This document shows, piece by piece, positions 9,960 to 19,987 of a stretch of 64,000 nucleotides of DNA. Numbering within the stretch: position 1 is the first letter of the stretch; each line of letters opens with the position of its first letter. This DNA is from an uncultured Candidatus Saccharibacteria bacterium (GTDB lineage: Bacteria > Patescibacteriota > Doudnabacteria > UBA920), in assembly GCA_964416765.1 (NCBI GenBank), contig CAYQEU010000001.1, positions 340,480 to 404,479 on the forward strand, in the 5' to 3' direction. The position numbers and the translations under genes were made by a program. A model generated the notes under the pieces. The model made no database searches. It was not told where the DNA came from and saw only the letters and a program-made list of their open reading frames with translations.

Positions 9960-10080
9960 TAAAATTAATAAATCCCAGGACCAATCTTTCGCTACGGCAA
10001 AAGAACAATCCTGGGGTCATTTATTTATAGATGACGTTTCCGTCCCAGTTTGCGGCGATTTTAGCGCCGCCTTTTTATGA
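9960..10080 (-). promoter_or_regulatory. Structured thrS 5' leader region with three hairpins
   Basis: Minus-strand hairpin CCCAGGA..TCCTGGG followed by AUUUAUUAAUUUU within 25 nt of the thrS start; a second stem GTCAT-TTATTTATAG-ATGAC; a GC stem GCGGCG-ATTTTAG-CGCCGCC followed on the + strand by TTTTTAT. Confidence 0.35.
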
Positions 10081-10153
10081 AACTTGCTTGGCTTCCCCGG
10101 TTGGTAGCCGGATCACAAGCCAAAGGAACCTAAATAACTATAAAGATATTATA

Positions 10154-13100
10154 TCACTGGCCGCCAACCTTGGCAATTTGGGGCAACGAACGAAGGGACT
10201 GAACCAGTTCCGCGCTCACCCGTACCTGGGAATTGGTTTTCAGTTTCTTTTCCCCTCCCGGTCCGGTAATGCGGAGGTAAACTTGGGCATACCCCGGTGC
10301 TGCTTCAATAATATCCTTGATCTTGAGCAGAGTATCCTGGGAACTGTCGTTGAGGTAAATCACCACTTCTTTGGTTTTTTCCATTTCATCCAAAGCCATG
10401 GTGTAAAGCTCGTCATTGGGCAGCTGAGAAATTTCATCCGCAATTATTTTGAATTCACCATCCTTGTCGGAAACTTTTCCCTTTACCTGGATAATGCGGT
10501 CGAGATCCAGATAGGGAACCGCTACCGCCATGAGTTTAGGGAATACCAAAACTTCAATATCGCCGGATAAATCCTGCAGCGTAAAGAACGCCATGGGATC
10601 GTTCTTTTTGGTGAGTGTGCGCTTGAATTTGGAAATGAGCCCGCCTAGGGTCACCTGTGTACCGGCGGATAAACCCGGGAGTTTGATAATTTCAGTATAG
10701 CTGGATAAAACCTGCTTATAGCTGTCTAGTGGATGGGCTGACACATAAAGCCCCAGATGTTCTTTCTCCCACAGGAGCATTTGTTCCATTGTTGCGGGGT
10801 CCGCGTCAGTCAGAACTACTTTTCCGAACCGGACGTCGCTGCCAAACAGGGAAGCCTGGGTACTCTTGCTGTCATTGGTTTGCTCTCGGATGAACGCGAG
10901 AACTTTTTCCGTGTTGGACAGCAACATGTTCCGTTCGCCAAATTTATCAAGGGCGCCTGACTTTACCAGCGCTTCCCAGGATTTTTTGTTCAGGTTCTTG
11001 GTTTGGCAATGGATAAGGAAGTCGTGGAGCGACTCGAATTTTTGGCCAGCCTTGTGGCACTCAATTATCTTGTCGACCACGTCAGAACCCAAGTTTTTAA
11101 TTGCCTTAAGCCCAAACCGGATTGTTTTTTCGTCTATAACAGTGAAGTTGTCCCAACTCTCGGTAACATCCGGTGGCAGCACCGTGATCCCGAGGTTGCC
11201 GCACTCTTCCACGGCGGCATAGATTTTCTCTTCATCGCCGGACTCTGCTGTCATGACGGCGGCCATAAATTCTACCGGATAGTTCGCTTTCATGTAGGCG
11301 GTCTGATAGGAAACTACGGCGTAAGAAGCAGAATGGGACTTGTTGAAACCGTAAGCCGCGAATGGCTCAATCCAGTTCCAGATTTCACTGGCTTTTTCGT
11401 AACTCCACCCTGAAGTGTCCTGGCACCCTTGGATGAACTTAATTTTTTGCTTGGCCATCTCGGCCGGGATCTTTTTTCCTACAGCTTTGCGGAATTTATC
11501 GACTTCTTCGAAGGTGTAACCGGCCAAGTCATGCGCGATAGTAAGCAAATCATCTTGGTATACCAAAATACCGTAAGTCCGGTGCAGGATCTTTTCCAGA
11601 GCGGGGTCCTGGTAACGGACCAGTTCGGGGTTGTGTTTGCGCCTAATGTAATCAGGCAAGAATTGCATTGGACCCGGTCGGTACAACGCGATCATGGCCA
11701 TGATGTCGAATATGGTGTTTGGCTTGAGGTCACGCAGGTAGTGGGTCATTCCGGACGAACCAAGCTGGAACACACCGAAAGTTAACCCATCAGACAACAG
11801 TTTGAAAGTTTTGGGATCGGGGTGGGGGAGGTTATAAATATCAACTTCTATCCCGTGCCGGATTTTTACCAGCTTCACCGCTTCTTCCAATATGGAAAGG
11901 TTGCGGATACCCAGAAGGTCCAGTTTGATTGCCCCAATGGCATCGCCCTTGGCGTTAACGTCCAGCGAGTACATGTCATATTGGGTGATCATGCGGTTGC
12001 CATCCGGTTCACGCTGCAGCGGCATGTAGTGGGTGAGCGGCTCGGGGGTAATAACAATTCCGGCGGCGTGGATGGAAGCGTGGCGTGCGCACCCTTCAAG
12101 TTTCCGCGCGATGGTCAAAATTTTATGCGTTTCCGGGTCTGAGCTGTAGATCTGGTTGAGTTCTGGGTTCATCCCCAGGGCTTTGTCCAGAGTCATGTCG
12201 AACCCCTGTTTGCCGAGCGGGATCATTTTCGCGATGCGGTCACACTTGCCGTAAGAGATGCCCAACGCTCTGCCGACATCACGCACCGCGGCGCGGGCCT
12301 TCATGGTTCCGAAGGTGATAATTTGCGCCACTTTGTCGCGGCCAAACTCTTCGGTCATCCACTCGATGACTTCATCGCGCCGGTTGTCCGCGATATCCAA
12401 ATCAATATCCGGCGGCGTGGGACGGTGCATGGTAAGGAAACGCTCAAACGGCAGTTCATAATATAGAGGATCAACGTTAGTAATGCCAAGAATTTTGCCA
12501 ACAATACTGCCAGCCGCTGAACCCCTGGTGTTAGTAATCGCTTTGAGTTCGTGGGCACCTTCCACCACACGCGCCACCATGAGGAAGTAAGGGGCAAAGC
12601 CCTTACTGCAAATGATATCCAGTTCATAATCAATGCGCTCCATGATATCAACCGGTACGTGGCCCTGGTCATTGCCGTAGCTGTCTTTAGCTTGGTCCAG
12701 CACAATTTCCTTTAGGTAACTTTCGTAAGTGTGCCCGGATGGAATATTAACGCGAGGGAAGTAGCGCTGGTTAACAGGAATTTCCAAGTCGCATCGTTCC
12801 GCGATTGCTTCAGTGTTGGTTACCGCTTCCGGGATATCAGCGAACAGAGCTTCCATTTCCTGGCTATTACGGAAGGATAGGTTATGGCTGCGCATGTCCA
12901 ATCGGTTGGCGTCGTCCACGGTGCGCCCGGTCCCAATACAGACCATGATATCCTGCGCTTCGGCGTCGTCAGTGTGAATGTAGTGGCTGTCGGCGGTGGC
13001 GACGATGCCAACCCCGGTGGCTTTGCCTAATTTAATCAGGTTATCGTTGAGCTTGTTTTGGACGGTGATGTCCCCGTCAATTAGAGCATTGCGTTGGATT

Positions 13101-13615
13101 TCCAGGAAAAAGTTTTCCGCCCCGAAAATGTTTATGTACTCTTGGAGTTTTGCCGCTGCTTTGTCATCGGATTCATCAAAGGCTCGGGCGATTTCCCCGC
13201 GTTGGCAGCCGGATAATGCTATGAGCCCTTCACTATATTTAGCTAGGACCTCACGATCGATACGCGGCTTATAGTAAAACCCTTCGGTACTGCCGACTGT
13301 GGCTAGCTCCATAAGGTTTAAATACCCCTGATAATTTTGCGCCAGCAGGGTAAGGTGGTAATAGTCAGCGTCGAGCCGGCCTTCCTTGTCGGTCATGCGG
13401 CGCGGCGCTATGTAAGCCTCCATCCCGATGATCGGTTTTATTCCCGTGGCTTTGCAGGCGTTGTAAAATTCGACTGCGCCATACATAACCCCGTGGTCCG
13501 TTATGGCGACCGCTTTCATGTCACGCTCCAGGGCAGCATTAACTATGTCATCGATTTTCGATAACCCATCAAGGAGGGAGTAGTGGCTGTGGCAATGGAG
13601 GTGAACAAATGACAT
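10154..13615 (-). CDS. dnaE: DNA polymerase III alpha subunit
   Basis: N-terminal PHP domain HLHCHSHYSLLDG, polymerase core and OB fold; 1153 aa. Confidence 0.95.
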   Translation of the reverse strand: MSFVHLHCHSHYSLLDGLSKIDDIVNAALERDMKAVAITDHGVMYGAVEFYNACKATGIKPIIGMEAYIAPRRMTDKEGRLDADYYHLTLLAQNYQGYLNLMELATVGSTEGFYYKPRIDREVLAKYSEGLIALSGCQRGEIARAFDESDDKAAAKLQEYINIFGAENFFLEIQRNALIDGDITVQNKLNDNLIKLGKATGVGIVATADSHYIHTDDAEAQDIMVCIGTGRTVDDANRLDMRSHNLSFRNSQEMEALFADIPEAVTNTEAIAERCDLEIPVNQRYFPRVNIPSGHTYESYLKEIVLDQAKDSYGNDQGHVPVDIMERIDYELDIICSKGFAPYFLMVARVVEGAHELKAITNTRGSAAGSIVGKILGITNVDPLYYELPFERFLTMHRPTPPDIDLDIADNRRDEVIEWMTEEFGRDKVAQIITFGTMKARAAVRDVGRALGISYGKCDRIAKMIPLGKQGFDMTLDKALGMNPELNQIYSSDPETHKILTIARKLEGCARHASIHAAGIVITPEPLTHYMPLQREPDGNRMITQYDMYSLDVNAKGDAIGAIKLDLLGIRNLSILEEAVKLVKIRHGIEVDIYNLPHPDPKTFKLLSDGLTFGVFQLGSSGMTHYLRDLKPNTIFDIMAMIALYRPGPMQFLPDYIRRKHNPELVRYQDPALEKILHRTYGILVYQDDLLTIAHDLAGYTFEEVDKFRKAVGKKIPAEMAKQKIKFIQGCQDTSGWSYEKASEIWNWIEPFAAYGFNKSHSASYAVVSYQTAYMKANYPVEFMAAVMTAESGDEEKIYAAVEECGNLGITVLPPDVTESWDNFTVIDEKTIRFGLKAIKNLGSDVVDKIIECHKAGQKFESLHDFLIHCQTKNLNKKSWEALVKSGALDKFGERNMLLSNTEKVLAFIREQTNDSKSTQASLFGSDVRFGKVVLTDADPATMEQMLLWEKEHLGLYVSAHPLDSYKQVLSSYTEIIKLPGLSAGTQVTLGGLISKFKRTLTKKNDPMAFFTLQDLSGDIEVLVFPKLMAVAVPYLDLDRIIQVKGKVSDKDGEFKIIADEISQLPNDELYTMALDEMEKTKEVVIYLNDSSQDTLLKIKDIIEAAPGYAQVYLRITGPGGEKKLKTNSQVRVSAELVQSLRSLPQIAKVGGQ

Positions 13616-13638
13616 TCGGCCTTGTTTTTTGCTATAAT
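13610..13638 (+). promoter_or_regulatory. Promoter TGACAT-17-TATAAT upstream of the 13661 gene
   Basis: -35-like TGACA at 13610-13614, TATAAT at 13633-13638, 17-bp spacer. Confidence 0.5.
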
Positions 13639-13660
13639 ATATTCATCATAACATAATCAG

Positions 13661-14539
13661 ATGGCCAAAATACAAGAACAAATAGAGGTCATAAAAGGCA
13701 CCGCGGTAATTGCCGCTGAAGAGTCCGGCCTGTCAGCGAAGCGTTTTTTCTCCTCAATGTCAAAGTGGCAGAAATTGGCGTTTTTTATTTGCGCCGTGTT
13801 GATCATTCCCGGTTACTTTGCCAGTTTTTACGTGGCCAAGACCATAACCGCCGCCAAATATAAGAACGGTTTGCTTGCGGCCCATCCCGCTTTTGCCGAA
13901 TCCAAGCCAATTAGCGCTACCCCGGTAAAAGTTTTCAAAATCTCCGAAAACCAGTTTACCGCTTATTTCCAAGTGACCAACAACAACCTCGATCTTGTAG
14001 CGCCGGAAATACCTTATTCTGTGGACTTTTATAATGCTGCCAGCGAAAAGGTTTCTTCTTACAACGCCACTTTTTTCCTTCTGCCTGACCAGAAGAAATT
14101 CATTATAGTGCCCCGCGTCAGCAGTACCGATGAAATCGTTTCCGCAAAGCTCAATATAACCCAAGCGAAATGGCAAAAACGCCTAAATATTCCGGATGTG
14201 TCGTTTACCACTCCTACCCCTGATGTTTATGATGACGACGCCTTACCGCAGCTGGTGGTAGAAGGTTCGGTAATAAATAAAAGCGCTTACGCGATACAAA
14301 ATATCCAAATTGTGTTTGTCCTGTTTGATAAATCGGGCAACGTTTCCACCGTTAGTGCCCGTTCCGAAAATAATATCGCCGCGTTCGGCCGCCGCGCTTA
14401 CAAACAGCTGTGGCCGGGCCTGCAGGCCAGCCAAATTTCTAAAGTCCAAGTTTTCGTCGATGTTAATACTTTAGATACCAGCAACTTACACTATGAACCT
14501 GCAGGCAGCTCCTCAGCCGATAATCCTGAACTGCAATAA
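13661..14539 (+). CDS. Hypothetical membrane-anchored protein (single N-terminal TM, large extracytoplasmic part)
   Basis: TM segment at residues ~40-60; stop overlaps the ftsW/rodA start (TAATG); no known domain recognised. Confidence 0.55.
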   Translation: MAKIQEQIEVIKGTAVIAAEESGLSAKRFFSSMSKWQKLAFFICAVLIIPGYFASFYVAKTITAAKYKNGLLAAHPAFAESKPISATPVKVFKISENQFTAYFQVTNNNLDLVAPEIPYSVDFYNAASEKVSSYNATFFLLPDQKKFIIVPRVSSTDEIVSAKLNITQAKWQKRLNIPDVSFTTPTPDVYDDDALPQLVVEGSVINKSAYAIQNIQIVFVLFDKSGNVSTVSARSENNIAAFGRRAYKQLWPGLQASQISKVQVFVDVNTLDTSNLHYEPAGSSSADNPELQ

Positions 14540-15639
14540 TGAAACCATTTTTTGATAGATTTAAGTACTTTGATACTCCGCTGCTAATTATCAGCGGATT
14601 ATTAATCTTGGTTGGTGTGGTGCTTATTTATGGCACGTCTCGGTCAGGGGATACCATGAGCGTGTTTTACCGCCAGGGGATTTATGTCCTTATCGGAATC
14701 CCAATCTTCTTGGGCTTTGCCTGGTCTAACTACCAGCAGTTGGCGAAAATAAACCGAACGGTATATGTTGTGCTTCTTCTGTTCCTGCTTTACCTTTTAA
14801 TTTTTGGTGATCCGATTCGGGGTTCGGCGCGATGGATTGACTTTGGGGTATTCAACCTCCAGCCAGCGGAGTTTGCCAAAATCTCCGTGATCCTTGGATT
14901 GTCACGGTGGCTCTACCTAAGACGGGGGCAAATTAACTCTTTGTCTAATATCATTTTAACTTTTGTGTACGCTGCAGCCCCAGCGGTATTGATTTTGAAA
15001 CAACCCGACTTGGGATCCGCTTCGGTAATTATGGTGATTTGGTTCGGCTTGCTTTTGGTGAGCCAAATCCAGAAACGCTATCTGGTCGGTGTGGTGCTAG
15101 TCGCGATTGTTTTGTCTTTGTTTGGCTGGAAATTCGTTCTGCATGACTACCAAAAAAAGCGCGTGGAAGTATTTCTTAACCCTTCCCTGGATTTACGCAG
15201 TACCGGTTATAATGTTCGCCAGGCTACTATTGCCGTGGGAAGCGGTGGTTTGTTTGGGAGGGGACTCGGACACGGACTACAAAGCGAGCTGAAGTTCTTA
15301 CCGGAACGGCAGACAGACTTTATTTTCGCCTCGGCATCCGAAGAAATCGGCTTTGTAGGCTGTATATCTCTGCTGGTGTTATATTACTTATTCGCGTGGC
15401 GATTAATATTGATAATGCGCCAGGCCAAAGACGACCTGGGGTATTATATTGTAGCGGGGGTGCTGTTTATGTTCTTTACCCAAGTCACAGTTAATATCGG
15501 CATTAACATCGGGCTTTTGCCGGTTACCGGGATTCCGCTACCGTTCCTGAGTTATGGGGGAAGTTCCTTGCTGGTTTTGATGGCCGCGCTCGGCATTGTC
15601 CAAAGCGTTTCCCGGCAGTCCAGAATTCTCCGGTTCTAA
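14539..15639 (+). CDS. SEDS-family peptidoglycan polymerase (FtsW/RodA)
   Basis: Ten-TM SEDS topology with the conserved C-terminal GIPLPFLSYGGSS motif. Confidence 0.88.
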   Translation: MKPFFDRFKYFDTPLLIISGLLILVGVVLIYGTSRSGDTMSVFYRQGIYVLIGIPIFLGFAWSNYQQLAKINRTVYVVLLLFLLYLLIFGDPIRGSARWIDFGVFNLQPAEFAKISVILGLSRWLYLRRGQINSLSNIILTFVYAAAPAVLILKQPDLGSASVIMVIWFGLLLVSQIQKRYLVGVVLVAIVLSLFGWKFVLHDYQKKRVEVFLNPSLDLRSTGYNVRQATIAVGSGGLFGRGLGHGLQSELKFLPERQTDFIFASASEEIGFVGCISLLVLYYLFAWRLILIMRQAKDDLGYYIVAGVLFMFFTQVTVNIGINIGLLPVTGIPLPFLSYGGSSLLVLMAALGIVQSVSRQSRILRF

Positions 15640-15681
15640 TTTTACCCTCTGACTTGCTAATGATATAATCAAGGTAGAAAT

Positions 15682-16038
15682 ATGAAAAATATGGACTTTA
15701 AAAAAGTTATGGCTTGGTTAGGGCTAATCCTGCGCTGCCCGGTTTGTAACCATAAATACGATTTAGGGAAAATTGACCTGCTCGACAGTGAAAACGGAGA
15801 TGAAGGGGATACTCATTTGCTCATCCATTCCGACTGCAGCCGCTGCAAAAGTTCAGTTATGTTTAGTATTGATATCAATGGTCCGGAAATATACAGCGTT
15901 GGAATTATCACCGACCTGACCAGTAAAGATAGCGCTAAATTCAGCAAGTTTGGACCGATTGAAGTCGACGAAGTTATTGGAATTCATAGGGATTTAAAGA
16001 ACTTTAAGGGCGACCTGGTTAAAGCTCTCGGCAAGTAA
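15682..16038 (+). CDS. Hypothetical small protein with split zinc-ribbon (CPVC....CSRC)
   Basis: Two CxxC pairs; followed by a strong terminator. Confidence 0.5.
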   Translation: MKNMDFKKVMAWLGLILRCPVCNHKYDLGKIDLLDSENGDEGDTHLLIHSDCSRCKSSVMFSIDINGPEIYSVGIITDLTSKDSAKFSKFGPIEVDEVIGIHRDLKNFKGDLVKALGK

Positions 16039-16057
16039 ATATCGCAGGTTAAGACAA

Positions 16058-16086
16058 AGTCCCTTATTTAAGGGACTTTTTTGTTA
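16058..16086 (+). terminator. Rho-independent terminator (AAGTCCCTTA-TT-TAAGGGACTT then TTTTTTG)
   Basis: Perfect 10-bp stem and T-run. Confidence 0.8.
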
Positions 16087-16157
16087 CTATAGTATGTCAG
16101 GCTTGCTTATTTCAACGAAATTTGGTAAAATATCGCAGTATACTAATTACTTTACAG

Positions 16158-16817
16158 ATGGACAAAATTCAACTCGAAAGCAAAGCCCGCGATATTCAGA
16201 CTGATGTCGTCAGCAAACTCCGGAAGGAAGGGTTTATCCCAGCCGAATTGTACGGCCACAACGTACCCAACATTCACCTGGCAATCAGCCAAAATGTTTT
16301 TGAAAAGGTATTCCGCAAGGCGGGTGAAAGTACTATTATCGAACTGCTGGACCCGTCCGGCAAGGTTCATAATGTCCTGATCCAGGACGTGCAAAAGCAC
16401 TACCTGACCAGCGAACCTATTCACGTGGATTTCTACGAAGTTAAGATGACCGAAAAGCTGACCGCTACTGTTGAACTGGAATTCGTTGGTGAAGCTAAGG
16501 CAGTTCGCGAATTGGGCGGTACTCTCTTGAAAGTTCTCACCCAGGTTGACGTTCAGTGTTTGCCCGCCGACCTCCCAAGTGTAATCGAAGTTGATATTGC
16601 CTCATTGAACAATTTTGATGACGTAATTGCCATCAAAGATTTGAAAGTTTCGGACAAGGTCGAAGTACTGGGCGAACCTGAAGAAGTTGTTGCCAAGGTA
16701 CAGGCACCTCGTGACGTTGAAGCTGAACTGGCTGAACCCGTCGGCGAAGTGGACGTTACTCAGGTTGAAGGCGTGGCCGACGCTCCGACTCCGGAAGCCG
16801 GCGAAGCCAAGGAATAA
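16158..16817 (+). CDS. rplY: 50S ribosomal protein L25 / general stress protein Ctc
   Basis: N-terminal L25 fold (KARDIQTDVVSKLRKEGFIPAELYG) plus acidic C-terminal extension; ATG 16158 preceded by a TATACT -10; the ORF track begins at an upstream TTG. Confidence 0.85.
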   Translation: MDKIQLESKARDIQTDVVSKLRKEGFIPAELYGHNVPNIHLAISQNVFEKVFRKAGESTIIELLDPSGKVHNVLIQDVQKHYLTSEPIHVDFYEVKMTEKLTATVELEFVGEAKAVRELGGTLLKVLTQVDVQCLPADLPSVIEVDIASLNNFDDVIAIKDLKVSDKVEVLGEPEEVVAKVQAPRDVEAELAEPVGEVDVTQVEGVADAPTPEAGEAKE

Positions 16818-16832
16818 TCTCAATTTTAAAAA

Positions 16833-16858
16833 CTCCCGCAGACGCGGGAGTTTTTTAT
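16833..16858. terminator. Bidirectional terminator (CTCCCGC-AGAC-GCGGGAG then TTTTTTATTT)
   Basis: Perfect 7-bp GC-rich stem flanked by A-run and T-run; between rplY (+) and prmC (-). Confidence 0.8.
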
Positions 16859-17646
16859 TTCCAATTTATTTCCGCGTAGCGGATCAACCCGCGGAAATCC
16901 TTAAAGAATTTAACGGATTGTTGTTTTGTAAGGGCGCTTTGGATGGGTGTTTTGGATGCCGGATCAATTTCTAACAGCATGGTCCCTTTTGGCGCCAGGT
17001 GAGATTCGGCTTCTTTAAGAAATATTGCAATTAGGCGGGAGTTATCACTGCCGTCCGTCAGCGCCAATTTGGGTTCGTACTTTAAATTTTGTTGTAGTTT
17101 TTTGTAATCAGTGAGGGGGACGTAGGGGAGATTGGCGATAATCAAATCAAATTGGCCTTTTATTCTGGATAGCAAGTTGGAATGTACAAAGTTTACTTTC
17201 GTCTTAAGGGCTCGATTATTAGCGCGGGCAACTGCTAAAGCCTTAGGAGAAATATCGCTGGCCATAACAGGGATTTTTGCGGACTTTGATAGCGCTACCG
17301 CGATGACCCCGGAACCCGTACCAACATCCAGTACCTTTGGAGTCCGGTAATGCTTTAAATGATGCAACGCCCGGTCCACTAGCCACTCGCTTTCCGGGCG
17401 GGGGATTAATACATCACGATTAACTTTAAATTTTAGACCGTAAAAATATTTGTAACCTAGGAGATAAGCAGCCGGTTCTCCTCGGGATCTCCGTTTACAT
17501 AAATCCTTAAACTTCTTTTCTTGCGCTTGGGTTATATTTTTGGCTGGATTCATTAACAAAAACTCCTTGGATTTGTTTAACACATGCCCAAGGAGGAGGT
17601 CAGTTTCTATAGCGCTTTTATGGGAAAGAGCTTCGTGGATGGTCAT
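16855..17646 (-). CDS. prmC: Release factor glutamine N5-methyltransferase
   Basis: SAM-binding VLDVGTGSG and catalytic NLPY (NPPY variant) motifs; overlaps the prfA stop by 4 nt. Confidence 0.88.
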   Translation of the reverse strand: MTIHEALSHKSAIETDLLLGHVLNKSKEFLLMNPAKNITQAQEKKFKDLCKRRSRGEPAAYLLGYKYFYGLKFKVNRDVLIPRPESEWLVDRALHHLKHYRTPKVLDVGTGSGVIAVALSKSAKIPVMASDISPKALAVARANNRALKTKVNFVHSNLLSRIKGQFDLIIANLPYVPLTDYKKLQQNLKYEPKLALTDGSDNSRLIAIFLKEAESHLAPKGTMLLEIDPASKTPIQSALTKQQSVKFFKDFRGLIRYAEINWK

Positions 17647-18713
17647 TCTGCCAGGCTTTCTTTTTTGAGGTTTAATTCTGCCAGCTTCAGAGCGTTTACT
17701 ATATCATCAAGCTTTCCTTCCATAATCAGGTATATCTGGTTGAAGTTTTGGTTGATGCGGTGGTCGGTGATGCGGTCCTGAGGGAAGTTGTAGGTGCGGA
17801 TCTTTTCGCTGCGGTCACCGGTACCAATTTGTCCACGGCGCTGTGCTTTGAGCTTGCTCTCTTCAATTTCCCGGTAGTGAGCGGAAACGCGGGCGCGGAT
17901 AACTTCCAAAGCCTTTTCTTTGTTTTGGGCCTGGCTTCGTTCGTCTTGGCACTGCGCGGTTATTCCCGTTGGGATGTGGACAATGCGGATAGCGGAGTAT
18001 GTAGTGTTAACGCTTTGCCCGCCATGTCCCGAAGATGTGGTCGCTTCAATTTTTAGATCTTTCGGGTCAATCTGGAAATCTTTTTCCTCCACTTCCGGCA
18101 AAACCGCGACGGTAATGGTAGAGGTGTGGACGCGGCCGGCTTTTTCGGTTTCCGGTACTCTTTGCACGCGATGCACCCCGGATTCATATTTAAAGTAGCT
18201 GTATGGTCCATTGGCGGAACGTCCTTTGCCGTTGACTTCAAATACAATTTCCTTAAAACCGCCTACTTCGCTTTTGGAAGAAGAAACTACGTGGACGGAC
18301 AGGCCCAGGCTTTCTGCATACTTACCGTAGGCGCGGAACAGTTCCGCGGCAAACAAAGTGGATTCGTCGCCTCCGGCTCCGGCGCGCATCTCAATGATAA
18401 TGTTATTCCCATCCAGCGGGTCTTTCGGAAGCAGGTCAGTTTCGATTTCTTCTTCCAGATTCGCTGCTTCCAGTTCCTGGGTTTTTAATTCCTCTTCGGC
18501 CATGCTTCGCAATTCCGCGTCGTCGCCCGCGGCAATTTCTTTATTTCCTGCAATGTTCTTTTCCAGCTTTTGCAGGCGTTCTATTTTGGAAACGGCATCC
18601 TGAATTTCTGACTGCCGTTTGCCTAATTGGCTAAGTTGATCCGGGCTGGCGGAGGACAAGGCCTCAGACAGTTCATGGTATTCCTTTAAAACTTTTTCAA
18701 AAGCAGGTTTCAT
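17643..18713 (-). CDS. prfA: Peptide chain release factor 1
   Basis: GGQ motif (SGHGGQSVN) and RF1-type P-x-T tripeptide context (RVQRVPETE); start set at ATG 18713 because the rpmE terminator hairpin (18733-18757) overlaps the upstream GTG extension. Confidence 0.9.
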   Translation of the reverse strand: MKPAFEKVLKEYHELSEALSSASPDQLSQLGKRQSEIQDAVSKIERLQKLEKNIAGNKEIAAGDDAELRSMAEEELKTQELEAANLEEEIETDLLPKDPLDGNNIIIEMRAGAGGDESTLFAAELFRAYGKYAESLGLSVHVVSSSKSEVGGFKEIVFEVNGKGRSANGPYSYFKYESGVHRVQRVPETEKAGRVHTSTITVAVLPEVEEKDFQIDPKDLKIEATTSSGHGGQSVNTTYSAIRIVHIPTGITAQCQDERSQAQNKEKALEVIRARVSAHYREIEESKLKAQRRGQIGTGDRSEKIRTYNFPQDRITDHRINQNFNQIYLIMEGKLDDIVNALKLAELNLKKESLAE

Positions 18714-18732
18714 AACGTTATTAGTATAATAC

Positions 18733-18757
18733 AAAACCACCCATTACGGGCGGTTTT
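18733..18757. terminator. Hairpin AAAACCACCC-ATTAC-GGGCGGTTTT downstream of rpmE
   Basis: 9-bp stem with one mismatch flanked by A4 and T4, so it can act in either orientation; separates rpmE from prfA. Confidence 0.6.
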
Positions 18758-18776
18758 GGTCGAAGGCAATAAGAAG

Positions 18777-19034
18777 TTAAGCGCGAGGAGAACGGGTTTT
18801 GCGGACCTTTTTTTCGGTCTTTACTGTCGCTGCAGCTGCAGCCAGGCGCTTCTTGAAACGGTCAACGTTTCCGGTCGAGTCAATAAGCTTCTGTTTTCCT
18901 GTGAAAAACGGGTGGCAGGCGCTGCAAATTTCAGTGTAAATGCTCTCGCTCGTCGAACCAGTAACAAAAGAATTACCGCAAGCGCAGGTAACTGTTACAG
19001 CCGTATTGTATTGTGGGTGGATACCTGATTTCAT
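18777..19034 (-). CDS. rpmE: 50S ribosomal protein L31 with Lys/Ala-rich C-terminal extension
   Basis: MKSGIHPQY start and CxxC...C..H zinc motif; AAGGA RBS 9 nt upstream and TATAAT -10 further upstream on the minus strand; the ORF-track N-terminal extension is rejected. Confidence 0.85.
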   Translation of the reverse strand: MKSGIHPQYNTAVTVTCACGNSFVTGSTSESIYTEICSACHPFFTGKQKLIDSTGNVDRFKKRLAAAAATVKTEKKVRKTRSPRA

Positions 19035-19228
19035 TATCGAAAATCCTTGTTTTAAGACTTGTTTGTATATTATAGAGAGATTTGCATTTTTAGTCAAGGT
19101 AGTGTATAATCACATAGTTATTAATCTAACATATTCCGCAGGTTTTCCTGTCCTAAATTCTCGCTTTAGCAAGCCTAAAGGAGCAAATATAGGATCCGCG
19201 GGATAGAAGCAGAAAGGAAGCATATAAT

Positions 19229-19966
19229 ATGCAAGATTTAAGTCTTTTGGACTTGCTCCAAAGCGGGGCTCATTTTGGGCATAAAACCTCAAGATGGAAC
19301 CCGAAAATGAAGCCGTATATTTTTACGACTCGCAACGACATCCACATTTTGGATCTGGAAAAGACCAAGCGTGGATTAGTTAAGGCCGCCAACGCGGCCG
19401 CAGAAGTGGTTTCTAAGGGCGGTACAGTACTGTTTATTGGCACCAAGCGCCAGGCCCGGGACATAGTGAAGAAGTACGCCCTTGAGGCAACCATGCCTTT
19501 CGTAAACGTCCGCTGGCTCGGCGGCACCTTTACCAACTTCAAGACTATCCAGAAAACAGTACGCAAGCTGGAAAAGTTAAATGACCTGAAAGCTTCCGGC
19601 GAATTGGAAACCCGTTACACCAAGAAAGAGCGTTTGCTCATCGAACGGGAAATCGAAAAGCTCGAAAAGTTGTTTGAAGGCATTAAGGGAATGCGCAAGA
19701 TTCCCGAAGCGGTTTTCATCGCTGACGTGAACTATGATGACATTGCCCTTACCGAAGCCCGCAAAGCTGGCGTGAAAATTATCGCCATCGCCGACAGCAA
19801 CAGCAATCCGGAAAACATTGATTATGTTATCCCTTGCAACGACGACGCTACTCAGGCTCTTGAGCTGGTAGTCGGCTATGTAGCGCAGGCCATCAAGGAA
19901 GCAAAAGCCACCCAGGTTTCAACCGCTCCGGCACCAGACGCAAAAGCGGAAACCAAGGAAGCATAA
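19229..19966 (+). CDS. rpsB: 30S ribosomal protein S2
   Basis: LLQSGAHFGHKTSRWNPKM signature N-terminus; conserved rpsB-tsf pair. Confidence 0.93.
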   Translation: MQDLSLLDLLQSGAHFGHKTSRWNPKMKPYIFTTRNDIHILDLEKTKRGLVKAANAAAEVVSKGGTVLFIGTKRQARDIVKKYALEATMPFVNVRWLGGTFTNFKTIQKTVRKLEKLNDLKASGELETRYTKKERLLIEREIEKLEKLFEGIKGMRKIPEAVFIADVNYDDIALTEARKAGVKIIAIADSNSNPENIDYVIPCNDDATQALELVVGYVAQAIKEAKATQVSTAPAPDAKAETKEA

Positions 19967-19987
19967 AAATAAATTAAGATATTTCTC

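Noticed and set aside
9951-10153. T-box riboswitch upstream of thrS
   Set aside because: The conserved T-box sequence AGGGUGGNACCGCG is absent on the minus strand; retained only as a generic structured-leader observation
10031-13564. Series of + strand ORFs (10031-10570, 10866-11222, 11003-11413, 11429-11785, 11822-12142 and others) inside dnaE
   Set aside because: All antisense to dnaE (PHP domain and polymerase core intact on the minus strand); typical shadow ORFs of a long GC-moderate gene
18714-18740. GTG-initiated 9-codon extension of prfA
   Set aside because: The extension overlaps the rpmE terminator hairpin (18733-18757); ATG at 18713 with an upstream -10 gives a normal RF1 N-terminus
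19035-19097. N-terminal 21-aa extension of L31 in the ORF track
   Set aside because: L31 proteins begin MK.GIHP; RBS AAGGA and TATAAT lie inside the proposed extension
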